This document shows positions 32,942 to 45,566 of a stretch of 64,000 nt of DNA, one piece after another. The position numbers and the translations under genes were made by a program. Within the stretch, counting starts at the first letter, position 1, and every line of letters starts with the position of its first letter. This DNA comes from Rebecca billardiae RCC1528 (lineage: Eukaryota > Protista > Haptophyta), in NCBI GenBank assembly GCA_965240325.2, contig OZ251235.1, positions 930,001-994,000 of the forward strand, written 5' to 3'. A model generated the notes under the pieces. That model saw nothing but the letters and a program-made list of their open reading frames with translations, ran no database searches and was not told the DNA's origin.

Positions 32942-34066
32942 ATGGCGACCGGGGGGAATGGCCAGCAGGCGATGTTCGATGCGTGCGCCGACCCCTGGGC
33001 AACAGGGCCCACGGACGGGTCGCGATCTCGCTGCCTCGTGGTGTTGCTCGTGTCCAGTGCGGCGCATTATGTCGATCGGCGTCGCGCCATCCGCCAGACA
33101 TATGCGCGAGCGCTGCGGGAGGATGTGCCTGGGGGTCTGAGTGAAGACGAACGCTCGGCAGTGGTCATGCGCTTCCTTCTCGGCCGTGTGCCCTCCGACG
33201 CGGACTCAGAGGCCTTGGCCGAGGAGGCGAGTGCGCACGGCGATATGGTCCTGACCGCCGTGCAGGAAGCGTACGACACTCTGTTCGCAAAGCTGATTGC
33301 TGGATACCGATGGGCATCGCAGCACTTCGAGTTTGCGTACGTGGTGCATGCTGACGATGATAGCTTCGTGCGACTGGAGAGGCTTTGCAGTGAGCTTGAC
33401 CACCTCCCACGAGAGCGCTGCTGCTGGGGTTACATGTGGAACCTCCCCGGCGCCGAGGGCGATGGGCGCCGCACGCGGCCGCTGCGCGACCCGGGCGCAA
33501 AGTCATACATGCCAGCCGACCAATGGCCAGCCGACAGCTACCCGCCGTTCCCGTCAGGTTGCTGCTTCGCCCTCTCCGCAGATCTCGTCAGGGACTGGTT
33601 CGTGCGCAGGTCGGCACTCGCGCCGGGCACCTCGGGCGCACTCCGCTTCCTCAGGCTGATCGACGTGGCTGTCGGGGTCGCGCTGTCGGAGGCGAGCGTC
33701 GAGGCGGACGTGCGCAACCACGAGCCGTCAGATGCTGTCGTGCACTTCGTGCACGCTCCGAGTGTGCGTCCGTACCGGCCGCTGCCGCTATTTCGAGAGG
33801 AAACAACCGTTCAGCACTACATGCGCCCCGAGGAGTTCCGAGCATTCCACTGTCGAGCATATGGCGGCGGACACTCCGCGCGGCAAGCAGCAGAAGGGCC
33901 GCCACAGTCTGGAGTCGGTGCCGCTGCGCCGGCGGCAGCTCATAACGTGGCGGCATCGAACTACAGCTCGTCCGCCGATGCATCATTATCAAGGTCCGTG
34001 TCTGACGACGCGCACATACACGAGGTGTACGAGCTTCTCGTGCGGAGCAAAGTTCTCCGGCAATAA
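32942..34066 (+). CDS. Glycosyltransferase family 31 (beta-1,3-galactosyltransferase-like)
   Basis: RRRAIRQT, EEASAHGDM, EAYDTLFAK, HADDDSFV, YPPFPSG, DVAVG. Confidence 0.9.
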   Translation: MATGGNGQQAMFDACADPWATGPTDGSRSRCLVVLLVSSAAHYVDRRRAIRQTYARALREDVPGGLSEDERSAVVMRFLLGRVPSDADSEALAEEASAHGDMVLTAVQEAYDTLFAKLIAGYRWASQHFEFAYVVHADDDSFVRLERLCSELDHLPRERCCWGYMWNLPGAEGDGRRTRPLRDPGAKSYMPADQWPADSYPPFPSGCCFALSADLVRDWFVRRSALAPGTSGALRFLRLIDVAVGVALSEASVEADVRNHEPSDAVVHFVHAPSVRPYRPLPLFREETTVQHYMRPEEFRAFHCRAYGGGHSARQAAEGPPQSGVGAAAPAAAHNVAASNYSSSADASLSRSVSDDAHIHEVYELLVRSKVLRQ

Positions 34067-34559
34067 TTTATGGCGCACGCCGCACGGCCCCCCCGCGGGC
34101 CTGAAAGGTCGGAGCGTGAGCGAAAGCCGGGGGGGCGGCGCGCGTGCTCCGCAAAATCAAAATAGAAGAGGATGCGCGCAGTAGGAGTTTGGGGATTTTT
34201 GTGGGTGGATTTAGGTGTAAAGCGCATTTGAGTGGATTGCACTGCCCTTGATTAGATTTGATGATTGCGTTTCTACTGCCCCTTATTTTTAAGATTATAT
34301 AGCTAGTAAGTAATAGAAAAATGGATGAACTCAAACAAATATAGGAGAAAGATGTTTGCACCTGCAGCCTTTCTGATATGGTGGGCCGTTCAAGATTTTC
34401 CTGCTGATATACTTTTGGTATATACTGATTCGCAGTCAATGAGTAAGGAATCTTGGCCGATCGAGTCGTCTCCTATTCACGCGCTTTTGAAGAACGCCGA
34501 ACGGCGTTTCAGATCGAGGACGCGTTCCTCCTCTAGACCTAGTCCTCTCTAAAAGCCTT

Positions 34560-34624
34560 ACTCATTCTATGATTTAACGACACTGGTACCCAGATTCCCG
34601 CGCGCGGGCAATAATCGCGTACCA
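34560..34624 (+). repeat. Family Z terminal motif followed by a hairpin
   Basis: Exact ACTCATTCTATGATTTAACGACAC (34560-34583), then tggtac..cccgcgcgcggg..gtacca. Confidence 0.8.
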
Positions 34625-35257
34625 TCAACCGTGACGATTCGAACATTCTCTCTCAGAAATGTTGAAGGCGGTTACCCGTGCGGCGCAAGTATAAGCAGCC
34701 TGAAACAGCTCGCTAATCATATAGGAATGTCAGTACGGAACGATTCGTCGTCGTCGATAATATGTGCTTTTGCTACCTCCCTTTAAGATTAATATCCTAC
34801 GGCGAATTGGTTGGCAACTTGGCTCACAGCGGTTGGGCCACTATCAGCTCCGGATACGTATTATTTTTCACGAATAAATACCCGGGAAGCTGCGTTGTGA
34901 ACGAACGCGAGGCACCAAGCTCAAATCAAAGCGCCGAAGGAAGGGCCGGCCCGCGAGGCACAACGACTACATCAAGGAGCTTTGACGAGTACCGAGCAGT
35001 TGCGGGCTGCCCCCATTGATCGACCGACAGGGGTCAGGGCCGCAGGGCGCGCAGGCCTGTGGCACGCCGCCACCGGGCCGATCAGCCCGGCGCGCCCGCC
35101 CAGCAGGTGGGCACGCCCGCAAAGTGTCCGCGTTTTTTTTGAATCGGCGCTCATGCGTGCAACTGGCGGTCAAATACGAATCTCATGACAGTCCCACGTG
35201 ATCGATGATGATTGTGCCGCGGATCATTCGTCCGTTGGTCCGACGACGACGGATCCG

Positions 35258-37159
35258 TCACACGGGGGGCACGACTGTGCCACGCGCTTCCTCAGCGCCG
35301 TTCGTGCGCGAATAAGTGGGCGCGTCCGAGCGCTCGGCGCCACTTGGCAGCAGCGAGCTGCTCGCGCCTGCCGGCGCGGCTGATGCGGCCCCACCGCCGT
35401 CACTGCCTCCCGCAGGCTTCGTCGCCCCGTCCGCGCGCTGGCGCTCGGCACGATCTGCCCACCCGTCCACGCGCACGCGCAGCCACTTGCGGAACGGCTC
35501 CTCCGCGTGGATGGACACGGCTGCGGCCAGCAGCCATGTCGCCAGCAGATAGGACACGAGCATCGGCCCCGCAAACCCGCGCGACGTGTTGCCCGTCAGG
35601 CCGATCTCGGCGCCCTGCGGCCCGGGCGAGGGAGAGGGTGGGGAGCGGGGGCGGTTGAGCAACGCTGGCCGGCGAGCCGCACGGCGCTGGTGCGGCGCGG
35701 CGCCTGCACGCGCCTTGAAAAGCATGCCGAGCGGCCAGTGCCACAGGTACACCTGAAAGGAATACTCGCCCAGCCCTGCACCCGCCCGGCGCGGGGGGCA
35801 GCACCAGCACGGGGCACGGCAGGGTGAGGGAGCGTGCGAGGCGGCGCGGCCGAAGGGCACATGCGGCGTGGACGGGCGCAGGGCGAGGCTGAAATGGCAC
35901 TGCGTGACACACCCGACATGATTGGATGGCGCATGATGCGCGCGGAGTGCGAGAGGCCGGTCGTATCAAGCGTGCTGAAGAGCATGAAGCCAGCTGCGCG
36001 CCCGCGCGGGCGCCGCGCGCGGCCGAGCTCGTGAGTGCGCGAGCAGTGGGGCGCGCACTCCGCGGGTGCGCACATGGCGCGCGCACCGAGCAGTGGCTGC
36101 ATCGCGCCCACGAAGAGGGGCTCGTAGCCCGAGTGCGCGTCGATGCTGGTCGAGCGCGGGTCAGCTGGGATGAACGCGCACAGTACCCAGAGCACCATGA
36201 AGCACGCGTCGCTCGCACGGCCCCAGCCGCGCCAGCCGATCGGCCGCCTGAGTGCCTGCGCCGCGTTGTCGGCGCCCGCACTCGTCGCAGCCGAGGCGAG
36301 CTCTGCGAGCGCCATGCCCATGGTGAAGTCGCCCAGGCGGAAGACGGGGAAGTGGTACAGCCAGAGGTACATGCGCTCGGTCATGTAAAAGCGCTCGACG
36401 GTCGGCGGCCCTTCGCCCTCGGCTGGCGGCACCTGCACGCCTCCCGCCGTCGCCACAAAGGCTGCCCAGATGGGCATCTGCGTGCATGCGCACGCGCACA
36501 CGCACAGCAGCAGAGGCCGTTGCGCGAGCGGGCGCTGGAGCAGCTTGCGCAGGAATGGGTAGAGTAGCCATAGCAGCCCCATCGTCGAGATCGTCCACGC
36601 CGGCCCGTTCGGGAAGTACGGCTCCGTGGGCTCAAACGACTGCAGCATGAGGAGAGACAGCGCGCCGCGTGTGATCGAGTAGACTGGGTTGAGCATGTGG
36701 TCGTTGGAGATGCACGCGCCGGAGGCGCACGCGCCGATGGAGAGGATGAGCATCACGAGCCACGTCGCATAGTACGAGAAGAGCACTGCGCCGAACCGTC
36801 GCGCGTAGTAGCGCAGGATCGCGGTCGCAGAGTTGTACTGCTTGGACGCGTAGGCGTAATGCGTCACGTAGCCGCTCAGCAGGATGAAGCCCTCGACGGC
36901 GACGGGTCCACGGTTGATCTGCGATAGCAGAAGAGGCACGCGCGCGACCGCCGTTGGGCGCGCGCGTGCGCGCGCGCGGGCACGGTGCTGATGCGCGAGC
37001 GCGCGCGCGCGCGCGCACCAGCGCGCCTCCAGGGATGCGCGGCACGCCCATGAAGTGGCCGAGCACGAGCCACAGGCTGGCGCACGTGCGGAAGCCAGCC
37101 AGCTGCGTGAGCTTCGGCTTGCCCGTCGACGTGAAGCCAGCCGACGCCGGTGGGGGCAT
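35258..37159 (-). CDS. Acyltransferase-3 (OafA/YrhL-like) membrane O-acyltransferase, multi-exon
   Basis: LAGFRTCASLWLVLGHF, AVEGFILLSGY, NGPAWTIS, RLGDFTMG, LGEYSFQVYLWHWP, AEEPFRKW; introns e.g. ~37018-36920. Confidence 0.9.
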
Positions 37160-37347
37160 CGTCGCCAGGGACCCTCGCGCACGTGGAGAGCGCCGAAATG
37201 GTCGCTCCGCCGGGTTCAGCGTGGCGGAGGCGTGCGGGGAGGCAGGTGGGTGAACGCTGCTCACTGCGCCGCGGGCCCTGGCGGCAAGCGGCCGGACTTT
37301 CAGGCATCGGCCCGCCGTCCGGCCGCTGCAATAGCTTTTCGTCCACG

Positions 37348-38055
37348 ATGCAGGGAACTCAAGGCATGTCGACGTCGTCGCCGTGGCGCGTTGCTGCGGC
37401 GATGCTCATCGCGATGGGTACCCTGTCTCACGCACACACGCTGCCGCGAGCGAGTGCTGCTCCGTGTGCGCGCCCGCGTGCCGCTCGGCTGCTTCCAACG
37501 CAGCGCCACGTTGCGGTGAGTTCTGACACGGACGCGCCTGGCGGTGGCGGCGCGGATGGTGGCGGTGAGGAGCTGCACTGCGTGTGCTCGCGGTGCGGCG
37601 CGGTGTACGTGGCGAACATGGCGCAATTCGGCGGCAAGGGCGCGCGTGTTCGCTGCTCCGTGTGCACCAACACGTGGTTCCAGATGACCGAACGCCTCGT
37701 GGCCAAGCCGCCCGCTTTCGAGCTCCAGCCCTTCCCGGAGGAGCGCCGCGCCGACCGGCCGGCGGCGCTGGACTCGCCGCAGCTGGGGGGCAAGATCAAC
37801 ATGTACGTGGGTAACATGCCGTTTTCGCTCACCGACGTCGCCCTCGCCCAGATGTTCTCCGAGTACGGCCGCGTGACCAAGGCCATGCTCATGCGCGATG
37901 AGATCGGCCGCTCGAAGGGCTTCGGGTTTGTCGAGATGGCAGACGAGGCGGAGGGGCAGCGCGCGATGGCGGAGCTGAATGACCAGGTGTTCGAGGGGCG
38001 GCCGATCACCGTGTCCGCGCGCGAGGTGCGCGGGCCGCCGCCTCGCCGCCACTGA
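37348..38055 (+). CDS. MJ0042-type zinc ribbon plus RRM RNA-binding protein with bipartite targeting peptide
   Basis: CSRCGAVY..VRCSVCTNTW; RNP2 MYVGNM, RNP1 KGFGFVEM. Confidence 0.85.
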   Translation: MQGTQGMSTSSPWRVAAAMLIAMGTLSHAHTLPRASAAPCARPRAARLLPTQRHVAVSSDTDAPGGGGADGGGEELHCVCSRCGAVYVANMAQFGGKGARVRCSVCTNTWFQMTERLVAKPPAFELQPFPEERRADRPAALDSPQLGGKINMYVGNMPFSLTDVALAQMFSEYGRVTKAMLMRDEIGRSKGFGFVEMADEAEGQRAMAELNDQVFEGRPITVSAREVRGPPPRRH

Positions 38056-38964
38056 GCGCGCCGCCGAGCCCGGACGGGCCTTTCGGCACCAGCCCCGATC
38101 GCGTGATGGCCGCATCAAGCGATCGGCCGAAAGGCGAAGCCAGCCGGGACTATCAGCATCTGCCCCCGGCGCCGCCGGCGTTGGCTCGTGGCGAGGCGTC
38201 AGCCGACAGGTGAAGTATCGTGCTGCATTTCATGCAGAGTCTGCAACCCGTGCCCAGCCGGGCGTACGCGATGTCGTGCCAGCGTCGGCCCGTGAGCGTT
38301 CACTGGCTGGCGGCGTGAGCCGTGACGCCGGTGAGCCGTGAGTGTGCCTCTGTAGTCTGTCGTGTGTCGTCTACTGACTACTGACGACGGACCCAGTCGG
38401 ACTGGCTGGCACATCCGGTTTTTGATCCGGCCGCACTTGATTGAGCGGTCGCTTGAGTAATCCGGAACCGCACTGTTAGTGTTGAACCGCCCGGCGGCGG
38501 ACCGCGGCCGGGGCGCCCCGTGACACCGTAACACCGTGACTCACGTCACGTATGACGTAAAGTGAGTCGAGTGTCACGTTGCCAACACTTTCTGTCCCGG
38601 CTCACTGACGACCTCAGCAGATTATTGAGTAATTGAGTTCCGGCTGACGTGATCCGAGCCGCGGCACGGTCCGTGAGACTCTACGCCGCAGACTCAGTCA
38701 GACTCAGTCTCACTGACTCCGTGTCTCAGACCCCGTGAGACTGACAGTACGGTCTACAGCTATGTAGAGTCGATGTCACGCGATGAAGATCTGGCAGATT
38801 CTGCCTCAACGCATGCGGTCGCTCGTCGTCGCGCTTCTGAGGCGGCGACTTCCGAAAAGTCTCGTGAGAATTGAGAAAGTACCGGCAGAGTGCCCTCCTC
38901 GTGCTGAGCCGGAGGCCGCTGCCAGCGCACTGAGTGAACGCGGACGCAGTGCGCGGCCGCCATC

Positions 38965-40796
38965 ATGCTTCCGCTCGCGCTCGCGGCGCTCTCGGCGGCG
39001 GCGGCAGGCTGGAGCGGGGCAGCGGTGGGCACGGCACGTACCGCCATCGGCGCCTCGTCGCGCCCACCCGCTGCCGTCCGCGCCATCGCCACGCCGCTGC
39101 CCCCGCGCGTCGATGGCGGCGGCGCGGCCTCGGACCGGCAGCCATTAGCGGCCGGCACGGCCGCATCGGGTGGGGCCGATGCGGATGATTCGGTGGCGAT
39201 CATGCTGCTCAACTTGGGCGGACCCGACTCGCTCGACGCTGTCGAGCCCTTCCTGTACAACCTCTTCGCCGACCCCGAGATCATCACGCTGCCCAAGCCG
39301 CTGTCATTCCTGAACAAGCCGCTTGCGTGGGTGATTGCGAAATACCGCGCGCCGGCGAGCCGCGAGGGGTATGCGTCGATCGGCGGGAGCTCGCCGCTCC
39401 TCGCCACCACGCGCGCACAGGCGACCGCGCTCGAGTCCGCGCTCCTCGAGCGCGGCGTGGCCGCCAAGGCGTACGTCGCGATGCGGTACTGGCACCCGTT
39501 CACGGACGACGCGGTCGCAGACATCATCAAAGCCGGGCACAAGCGGCTGGTGATTCTGCCGCTGTACCCGCAGTTCTCGGTGAGCACGTCGGGCTCCTCC
39601 CTCCGCGTGCTCGAGGACCAGTTCTACGAGAACCCCGCCTTCCAGCGCGTGAACTCGATCGTCGTGCCCGCGTGGTACAACCGCGCCGGGTACGTGACTG
39701 CCATGGCGCGGCTGATTGAGGCGCAGCTCGTCGCGTCGCCGTTCGTCGACGAGGCGGAGCGGACGGCGGCGGAGGGCGGCTCGTGCGACGCGCAGGCCTC
39801 CGTTCGCGCCGCCGCCTCCGTGCCGCACGTCTTCTTCTCCGCGCACGGCCTCCCGGCCAAGTACGTGACAGAGCTGGGCGACCCGTATCAGGCGCAGACG
39901 GAGGCGACAGTCGCGCTGGTGATGGACCGGCTCAAGGAGTGGGGGTACGAGAACGAGCACTCGCTGGCGTACCAGAGCCGCGTCGGCCCGGTCAAGTGGC
40001 TCGAGCCGTACACTGACGACGTGCGTCGCCGCACGCGCCACACGCGCGCGCTGCAGCTGCGCCGCACCGCTTGGCCCACTCGAGAGCGTGCGCGCACGCG
40101 TCGCTGACTGCCGACCCCGTGGGCGCCATGCGGTGCGGTCACCTCTGCGGCGCGCGCGCAGGTGATCCCGGAGCTGGCCGAGCGCGGCGTCAAGGACCTG
40201 GTCGTCGTGCCCATCTCCTTCGTCTCGGAGCACATCGAGACCCTCGAGGAGATCGACGTGGAGTACCGCGAGCTCGCTGAGTCCCTCGGCATCGAGCGCT
40301 GGAGCCGCGTGCCGGCGCTCGGGCTCGACGCGCGATTCATCGGCGCGCTCGCGGACGAGGTGAAGGACGCGCTGCCCAGGCTGCAGGTGCGGCGCACGCG
40401 TGCACGGGGGGAGGCGGCGGGGTGACGGCCGCGCAGGCCCGCCACGCCTGCAGCGCGCGCTCGCGCTCGCGCGGCGTGCGCTCACACTGAGCCCCGCGCC
40501 GCCTGCCGCGCCCTCGGGCCAAAACGCTTCGCGGCGCGCAGGTCCCCACTGTGCGCGCGATCAATGACGGCGCGCCTGTCTCGCTGCGCGTGATCAACGA
40601 CCTGGTGGCCCTCTCACGCAAGGAGGCGGAGGCGGGGCCCGGCGCGCAGAGGAGGCGGCGGTACGGATTCACCGAGACGGCGGAGCGCATCAACGGGCGC
40701 ATCGCCATGGCGGCGATGAGCTGCGTGGGCATTGCCGGGCTGCCACCACTGATCGAGATGGTGGGGACGCTGATCAGGGAGGGGGCGCAGCGCTGA
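38965..40796 (+). CDS. hemH: Plastid ferrochelatase with C-terminal CAB motif; exons 38965-40020, 40162-40386, 40542-40796
   Basis: [67 protein letters not shown]; [15 protein letters not shown]. Confidence 0.95.
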
Positions 40797-41659
40797 GCAT
40801 GGCTCCAGGCGCCAGGCGGGGTGCCTGCGCGTAGCAGCCTCAGGGGGTGGCACGCCGCGGGGACGCCGCTGCCGGGCGCAGGCGTTGAGCGTTTGGCGGG
40901 GCGGGGCTCTGTCCTGGGTTGGGCTCATCCGCCCCATTGGCCGAGAAGGCTCGGAGTCGGGCCTGTACGGGGCGCAAGGCGCGCTCGGCTGCGGCCGAGC
41001 TGCAGCGCCCCCGATCTCAGATCTGCCACCGACCGTCAACACTGCTCGGGAAGTGTCCGTTTCTGTCTGAGTGGCACCGTCGGCGGGAATGGCGCCATAC
41101 GGCGATGGTGCCAGTCATGCGGTGCGACTGGTTACTGGACGACAGGCAGCAGGACACTGGAGCCGGAGGACAGCGGTCAGTCAGAGCGGACTTGGAGCCA
41201 TGGGCATGGAGTTGATGGTCAGTTGACAATACATGTCGGTCGTACTATGTAACTCGATGTTACCGTTTACCGTTACGTCCCCGGGGGCCGTAATTACCGT
41301 TATAATAGTATCGCTTATTAGCGCAGTAGTACTGTCTGTAGTGTCTGTTGGCACTGAGCCCGCACTGTGACCGAGTCCGGATCGTTTATTCGTTATCGTG
41401 AGTGGCTGACAGACAGACAGTGACGACAGTCGGGCACTCTCGTATCGCGTAGTCGCCTAGGGCTAGTAGTAGTAACGTCAACCGTGCTGCTGAGTGAATC
41501 GGAAAAAATATGCGCACATGGTCGCCGTAGTTAGGTGCAAGGATGAATATATATATATGATGGTTTACAATGGCAGGTAACGCGACTGCCCGTCGTCGAG
41601 TGTCGTCTGTGAGTGAGGTAGCCTGTCGACATGCTCATGCTCGATGCTGTCAATCGCGG

Positions 41660-43019
41660 TCACGCCGTTATCTTTCGGCTACGCGCCGCATCTGCCGGCC
41701 GCACGCGGTCGTCTGAGCGCGTCACGCTTCGCATGCCCAGGTCGCGTGCGCTGTAGTAGTACGAGTAGAACTCCGAGGCGCTGACCGCCAGCCTGTAGTT
41801 GAGCAGCGCCGCCATCTCGCTTTCCACGCGCTGCACCTCCTCCACCGGCGGCACGCCGCGCTCGGGCAGAGCGCGCGCGATCGCCTCAGCTGCGCGTGTG
41901 AGGTCGATGCCTGTGGGCACGTCGCACCACGACTGCGCCGCGCCGCGGACGAGGGGCAGCGCGCACGCGCGCGCGAGGCGTGAGCCCACGGGCGCGCGCG
42001 GCGGCGCGTGGCGCGGCGGCGCCGCGCACCTTGTACGCCAGCATCAGCGCGCCGAGCAGCGCGAGGTGCCAGTTGGTCGCGGCGAGGAAGCAGCAGCCCG
42101 CGGACGCAGTCGCGCACCGCTCGAGCAGCACGAGCGCGAGGATGGGCAGCTCCTCGTCGAGGCAGAGCTCGCGGCGGAGCTCGGACAGGCACGCCTCGAC
42201 TTCGGACACACGGAAGTGCGCGGCCGCGGAGACGATCGTTTGCAGCGTGCGCGCGCGCGCGGCCGGGTCGGCTGCGGGCGCACTCGCGCCGCACCCAGCT
42301 GATGGGGCATCGCCGTCTGGCCGGTGCGCCTGCAGCTTGCGCAGCGCGCGCTTCGCCGCGCGCGTGGTGTGTCGCACGTGTATCTCCACCGCAGCCGCGA
42401 TCCCAGCGTCCACGAACCACTGCGCTTCGTCGTCGTCGAGCAGTCCCGCGCCTTCGTGGCCGCCGACAAGAGCGCGCATCAGCTCGGGCTCTCGCGCGAG
42501 CCGAGCGCGCGCGGCCTTGGTGACCGCGGTGGTGTCGTCGACGTCGGCGGTTGCGAGGAGCGACGCGATCGTATCGGTGTACGCGCGCATGCGCAGCGCC
42601 GAGCTCATCGGCGGGTGCGCCGACTCGTCCGACGCGTGCGTGGCCGCCGAAAGCCGTCGTCTTGAGAGCCGGCTCGACATGCGCGGCGTCTCGCCCGAGG
42701 ATGCGTCGATGTCGGCGCTGGTGTCGCTCGTGCGGTTCGACGAGGGCGGCGTGCTCTCGTAGGAGCAGCGCGGCATCGACGCGCCCGCGCCGCTGGATGC
42801 CGGGGGCGCTTCCGCGCGGCTGCGGCCAGGTATTGGCAATCGCACCGCCGGCGACGCCCTGTGCCCCGCAGCGGGCAGAACTCGGCGCGGCGCGTGCCGC
42901 CCGGTGACTGCGTTGAAGAGATTCGCGTATTGCGAGTACCTGTGCTGCGTCGCAGTCGCCGTTGCGCCTGCAGTGGCGCTCCCCCTCCCCTCGCCGAGCG
43001 GCGGGAGGTGCACGACCAT
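41660..43019 (-). CDS. Cyclin Y / cyclin-P-like protein; intron 42029-41933
   Basis: ILALVLLER..TNWHLALLGALMLAYK|SWCD..ESEMAALLNYRLAVSASEFYSYY cyclin box. Confidence 0.75.
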
Positions 43020-43465
43020 TCGTGCCGTCAGCCGTCAGGGCTAGTGTGAGTGGAACCCGTTTGTTCATCCGGTCGCTGAGATCGAGCGCAGATGCGCGCA
43101 TGTTTCCGAGATTCCTCCAGCGAAGTCAATACACGAATGTCGACATTCAGGGCCCCAATAGCGCCGACGGTTACCCAACCCTGCTCGGAATTCGGCAACC
43201 GGCGGCGAACCAATTCACCCTGATTGTAACATCTCCGAAAAGTGAATTCATCAGTAATTAGGGTGTGGCATGGCTCTCACACAATTCTGAGGGCGCCTTA
43301 CACAGCGGCCCTGATTGTCGTGTGCGGTCGTATGTCCCTGGGGACAAGATACCTATGTCCTCGGACAGGCTGAAAACAATATTCATTGTGAGTCTCGTAA
43401 TCACGCCGTACTTGGCAACGTCCAATTAATGATTCCCCGTCAAAACCACAACATCCCCAAAACGT

Positions 43466-44460
43466 TCAGGCTGCTGGAGCGCGATCCACCTGCGCTGCGC
43501 GGCTCGCATGGACCTGCTGTGCCCCGAGCGAGGGCGATGGTGCAGGTCCGGATGTCAGCTGGCAGTCTCAGCCGCTGGTAGCAGCTGGTCGAGCCTGCCC
43601 CGTGCTCCCCGGGCGGTCGCGTACGCGCTTGCCGCTCGAGCCTGCTGGCTGGCTGGCGGCGGCTGGCGCTGCGGCGTCGTCCAGGGTGCGCTTCGTCCGC
43701 TGCTGCGGCAGCTCCTCGTCGTCCAAGTCGTCGTCCAGGGGCGAGTCTCGGTCCTCGTGGAGCGGGGCAGCAGGGGCTGGCGTGGGTGCAGCGATCGGCG
43801 CCAGGCGCGCCGCCTTGCGCGCCTGGCGTTCCTCGACGGTGCGGCTCCGAGGAGCGACGGCTCGATGGAGAACGAATCCGTCGGCCCTCGGCGTCGCGCC
43901 GTTGCCCGCGCTCCCCACGCCGGGGCTTCTCCTTCCGCTTCCGAGAGTGCTGCTGCTCGCCATTCGCCTGCAGCGCCTCAGCGTCCGAGCCCTGCGCGGC
44001 GGACGGGCGCACCGGCGGGGCCGGCTTGCGCGCTGCGCGCTGGGCGGTCTGCGGGGGGGGGAGCAGGAGGCGCGCCACCACCTCCCGCTTGCATCGCTGG
44101 CCCGGGGCGGGGACCGGCGGGTTTTCCCTGTGGAGAAGCAGAGCCAGCCTCCTGCGTGGCCGGCCTGGCGACGGAGTACGTCAGCCGCGTGCCACTTCCG
44201 GAAGCCGGATGGTCCACCAGCGCGAGAGGCCATCCGCGGCGGTGCGCTTCGATCCGTCACACAGTGCGCGGTCGGAGAAGCGCAGCGCGCCGGGGAAAGT
44301 CCCCTCGGGCTCGGTGTTCGTGGCGACGCTCGGCATCCTGGTTACGTGGCCATGCTGATGCTCGGGAGGAAGGTTGATCTGGGAACATCCCTACCGATGT
44401 CCGATCAAATCGATGGCGGAGGCCACCGCCGTCCACGTGGCACCAAGGGCCGTCGTGGTG
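43466..44460 (-). mobile_element. Longer, decayed body of a family Z element with a frameshifted ORF relic
   Basis: 43470-43580 matches 47537-47650 and 22204-22312; continues into a broken ORF 43568-44360; outer boundary uncertain. Confidence 0.55.
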
Positions 44461-45566
44461 GCACGTGTGTATCGAGTATCGACCACCCGTCCCAGAAACC
44501 TCCTGAGCCCGTCCCCGGCTCACGGCGGGCTTACACTAACCGGAATAATACAATACCTGCCTGATGGACAAGTTATTTGAGCTCCGAAGCCGTGACTATT
44601 ATAGAGGCTGATGGGCGGCTGGCAGGCCGAATACAGCTGGCCGGTCACACGCGGTGACGACACACGGGTATTTCACGGACTCAATACCACTTACCAGGGA
44701 GCCTCATTGATGTAGTAGAGCAGTCACGGCTGGGGACGCGGGACAGCGGGTCGGGATTGCCGTGCGAGCATAGCTACTGCCCGGAGTGCCGGGTGCGCCA
44801 AGGAGTGGCGGCTCCCTGACTTGAGTCTCACTCAAATGCTAGGCTCACGGACGGGAATTTGCCCGCTCCTTACAGTTAATACTGAGCTTGGCACGTCGTC
44901 GTCGCGTATAATTATAAACGCGGCGCCGCGCATGCTTCTAGATCCACCGCCAGAGAATCCAGAGATGTCGAGTATCAGTCTGCAGCCGTGGCCTACTGTA
45001 CTCAGGACGCGCTACTCGTCGGTTATCACCGCCGCCCGGACCGTTCACGCCTCACGGGCTCAACTACAGGCAGCCATCATCACTCACTTCACTGCCGACG
45101 ATTATTATATTCGGCCAGCTAGTGCCGGTCACGGCGAGCTCCCGGGAATTACCGTCGATCACTCAGAGTCAGATCAGTCGATCTCACTTTGACTTATTAC
45201 TACTTAGTCAAGTGTGCTACTGTCTCGTCCGATTCAATTTCAAGGCGATTCAGATCAGCCGGACTACAATCTATCTACATCAGATCAGTCATCAGCCCGA
45301 AGTGGCCGAAGTGGCCGAAGTCAGCCATCAATCACCGGCGTCACTGCGGTCCGACGTACGGCAGCTTCACCGAGTGAACCGGGTAAAGTGACTTATTAAG
45401 TGTCGTCCGCTGTCTGACTTTGATGATGATTTGATGAGCCGTGCCGCCGTGAGCGGATCATGCCGAGGGGCCCCGCCAGAGCACGGGGCGCCGGCCCCTG
45501 AGAGGCGCAGATGAGGCCACAGCCGACGCAGCGTCAGACCTGAGATGGTGCACGGACGGCAAGTGC

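Noticed and set aside
34180-34440. Mitochondrial cob (NUMT) fragment
   Set aside because: A GGF-like word only; the flanking cytochrome b motifs are absent
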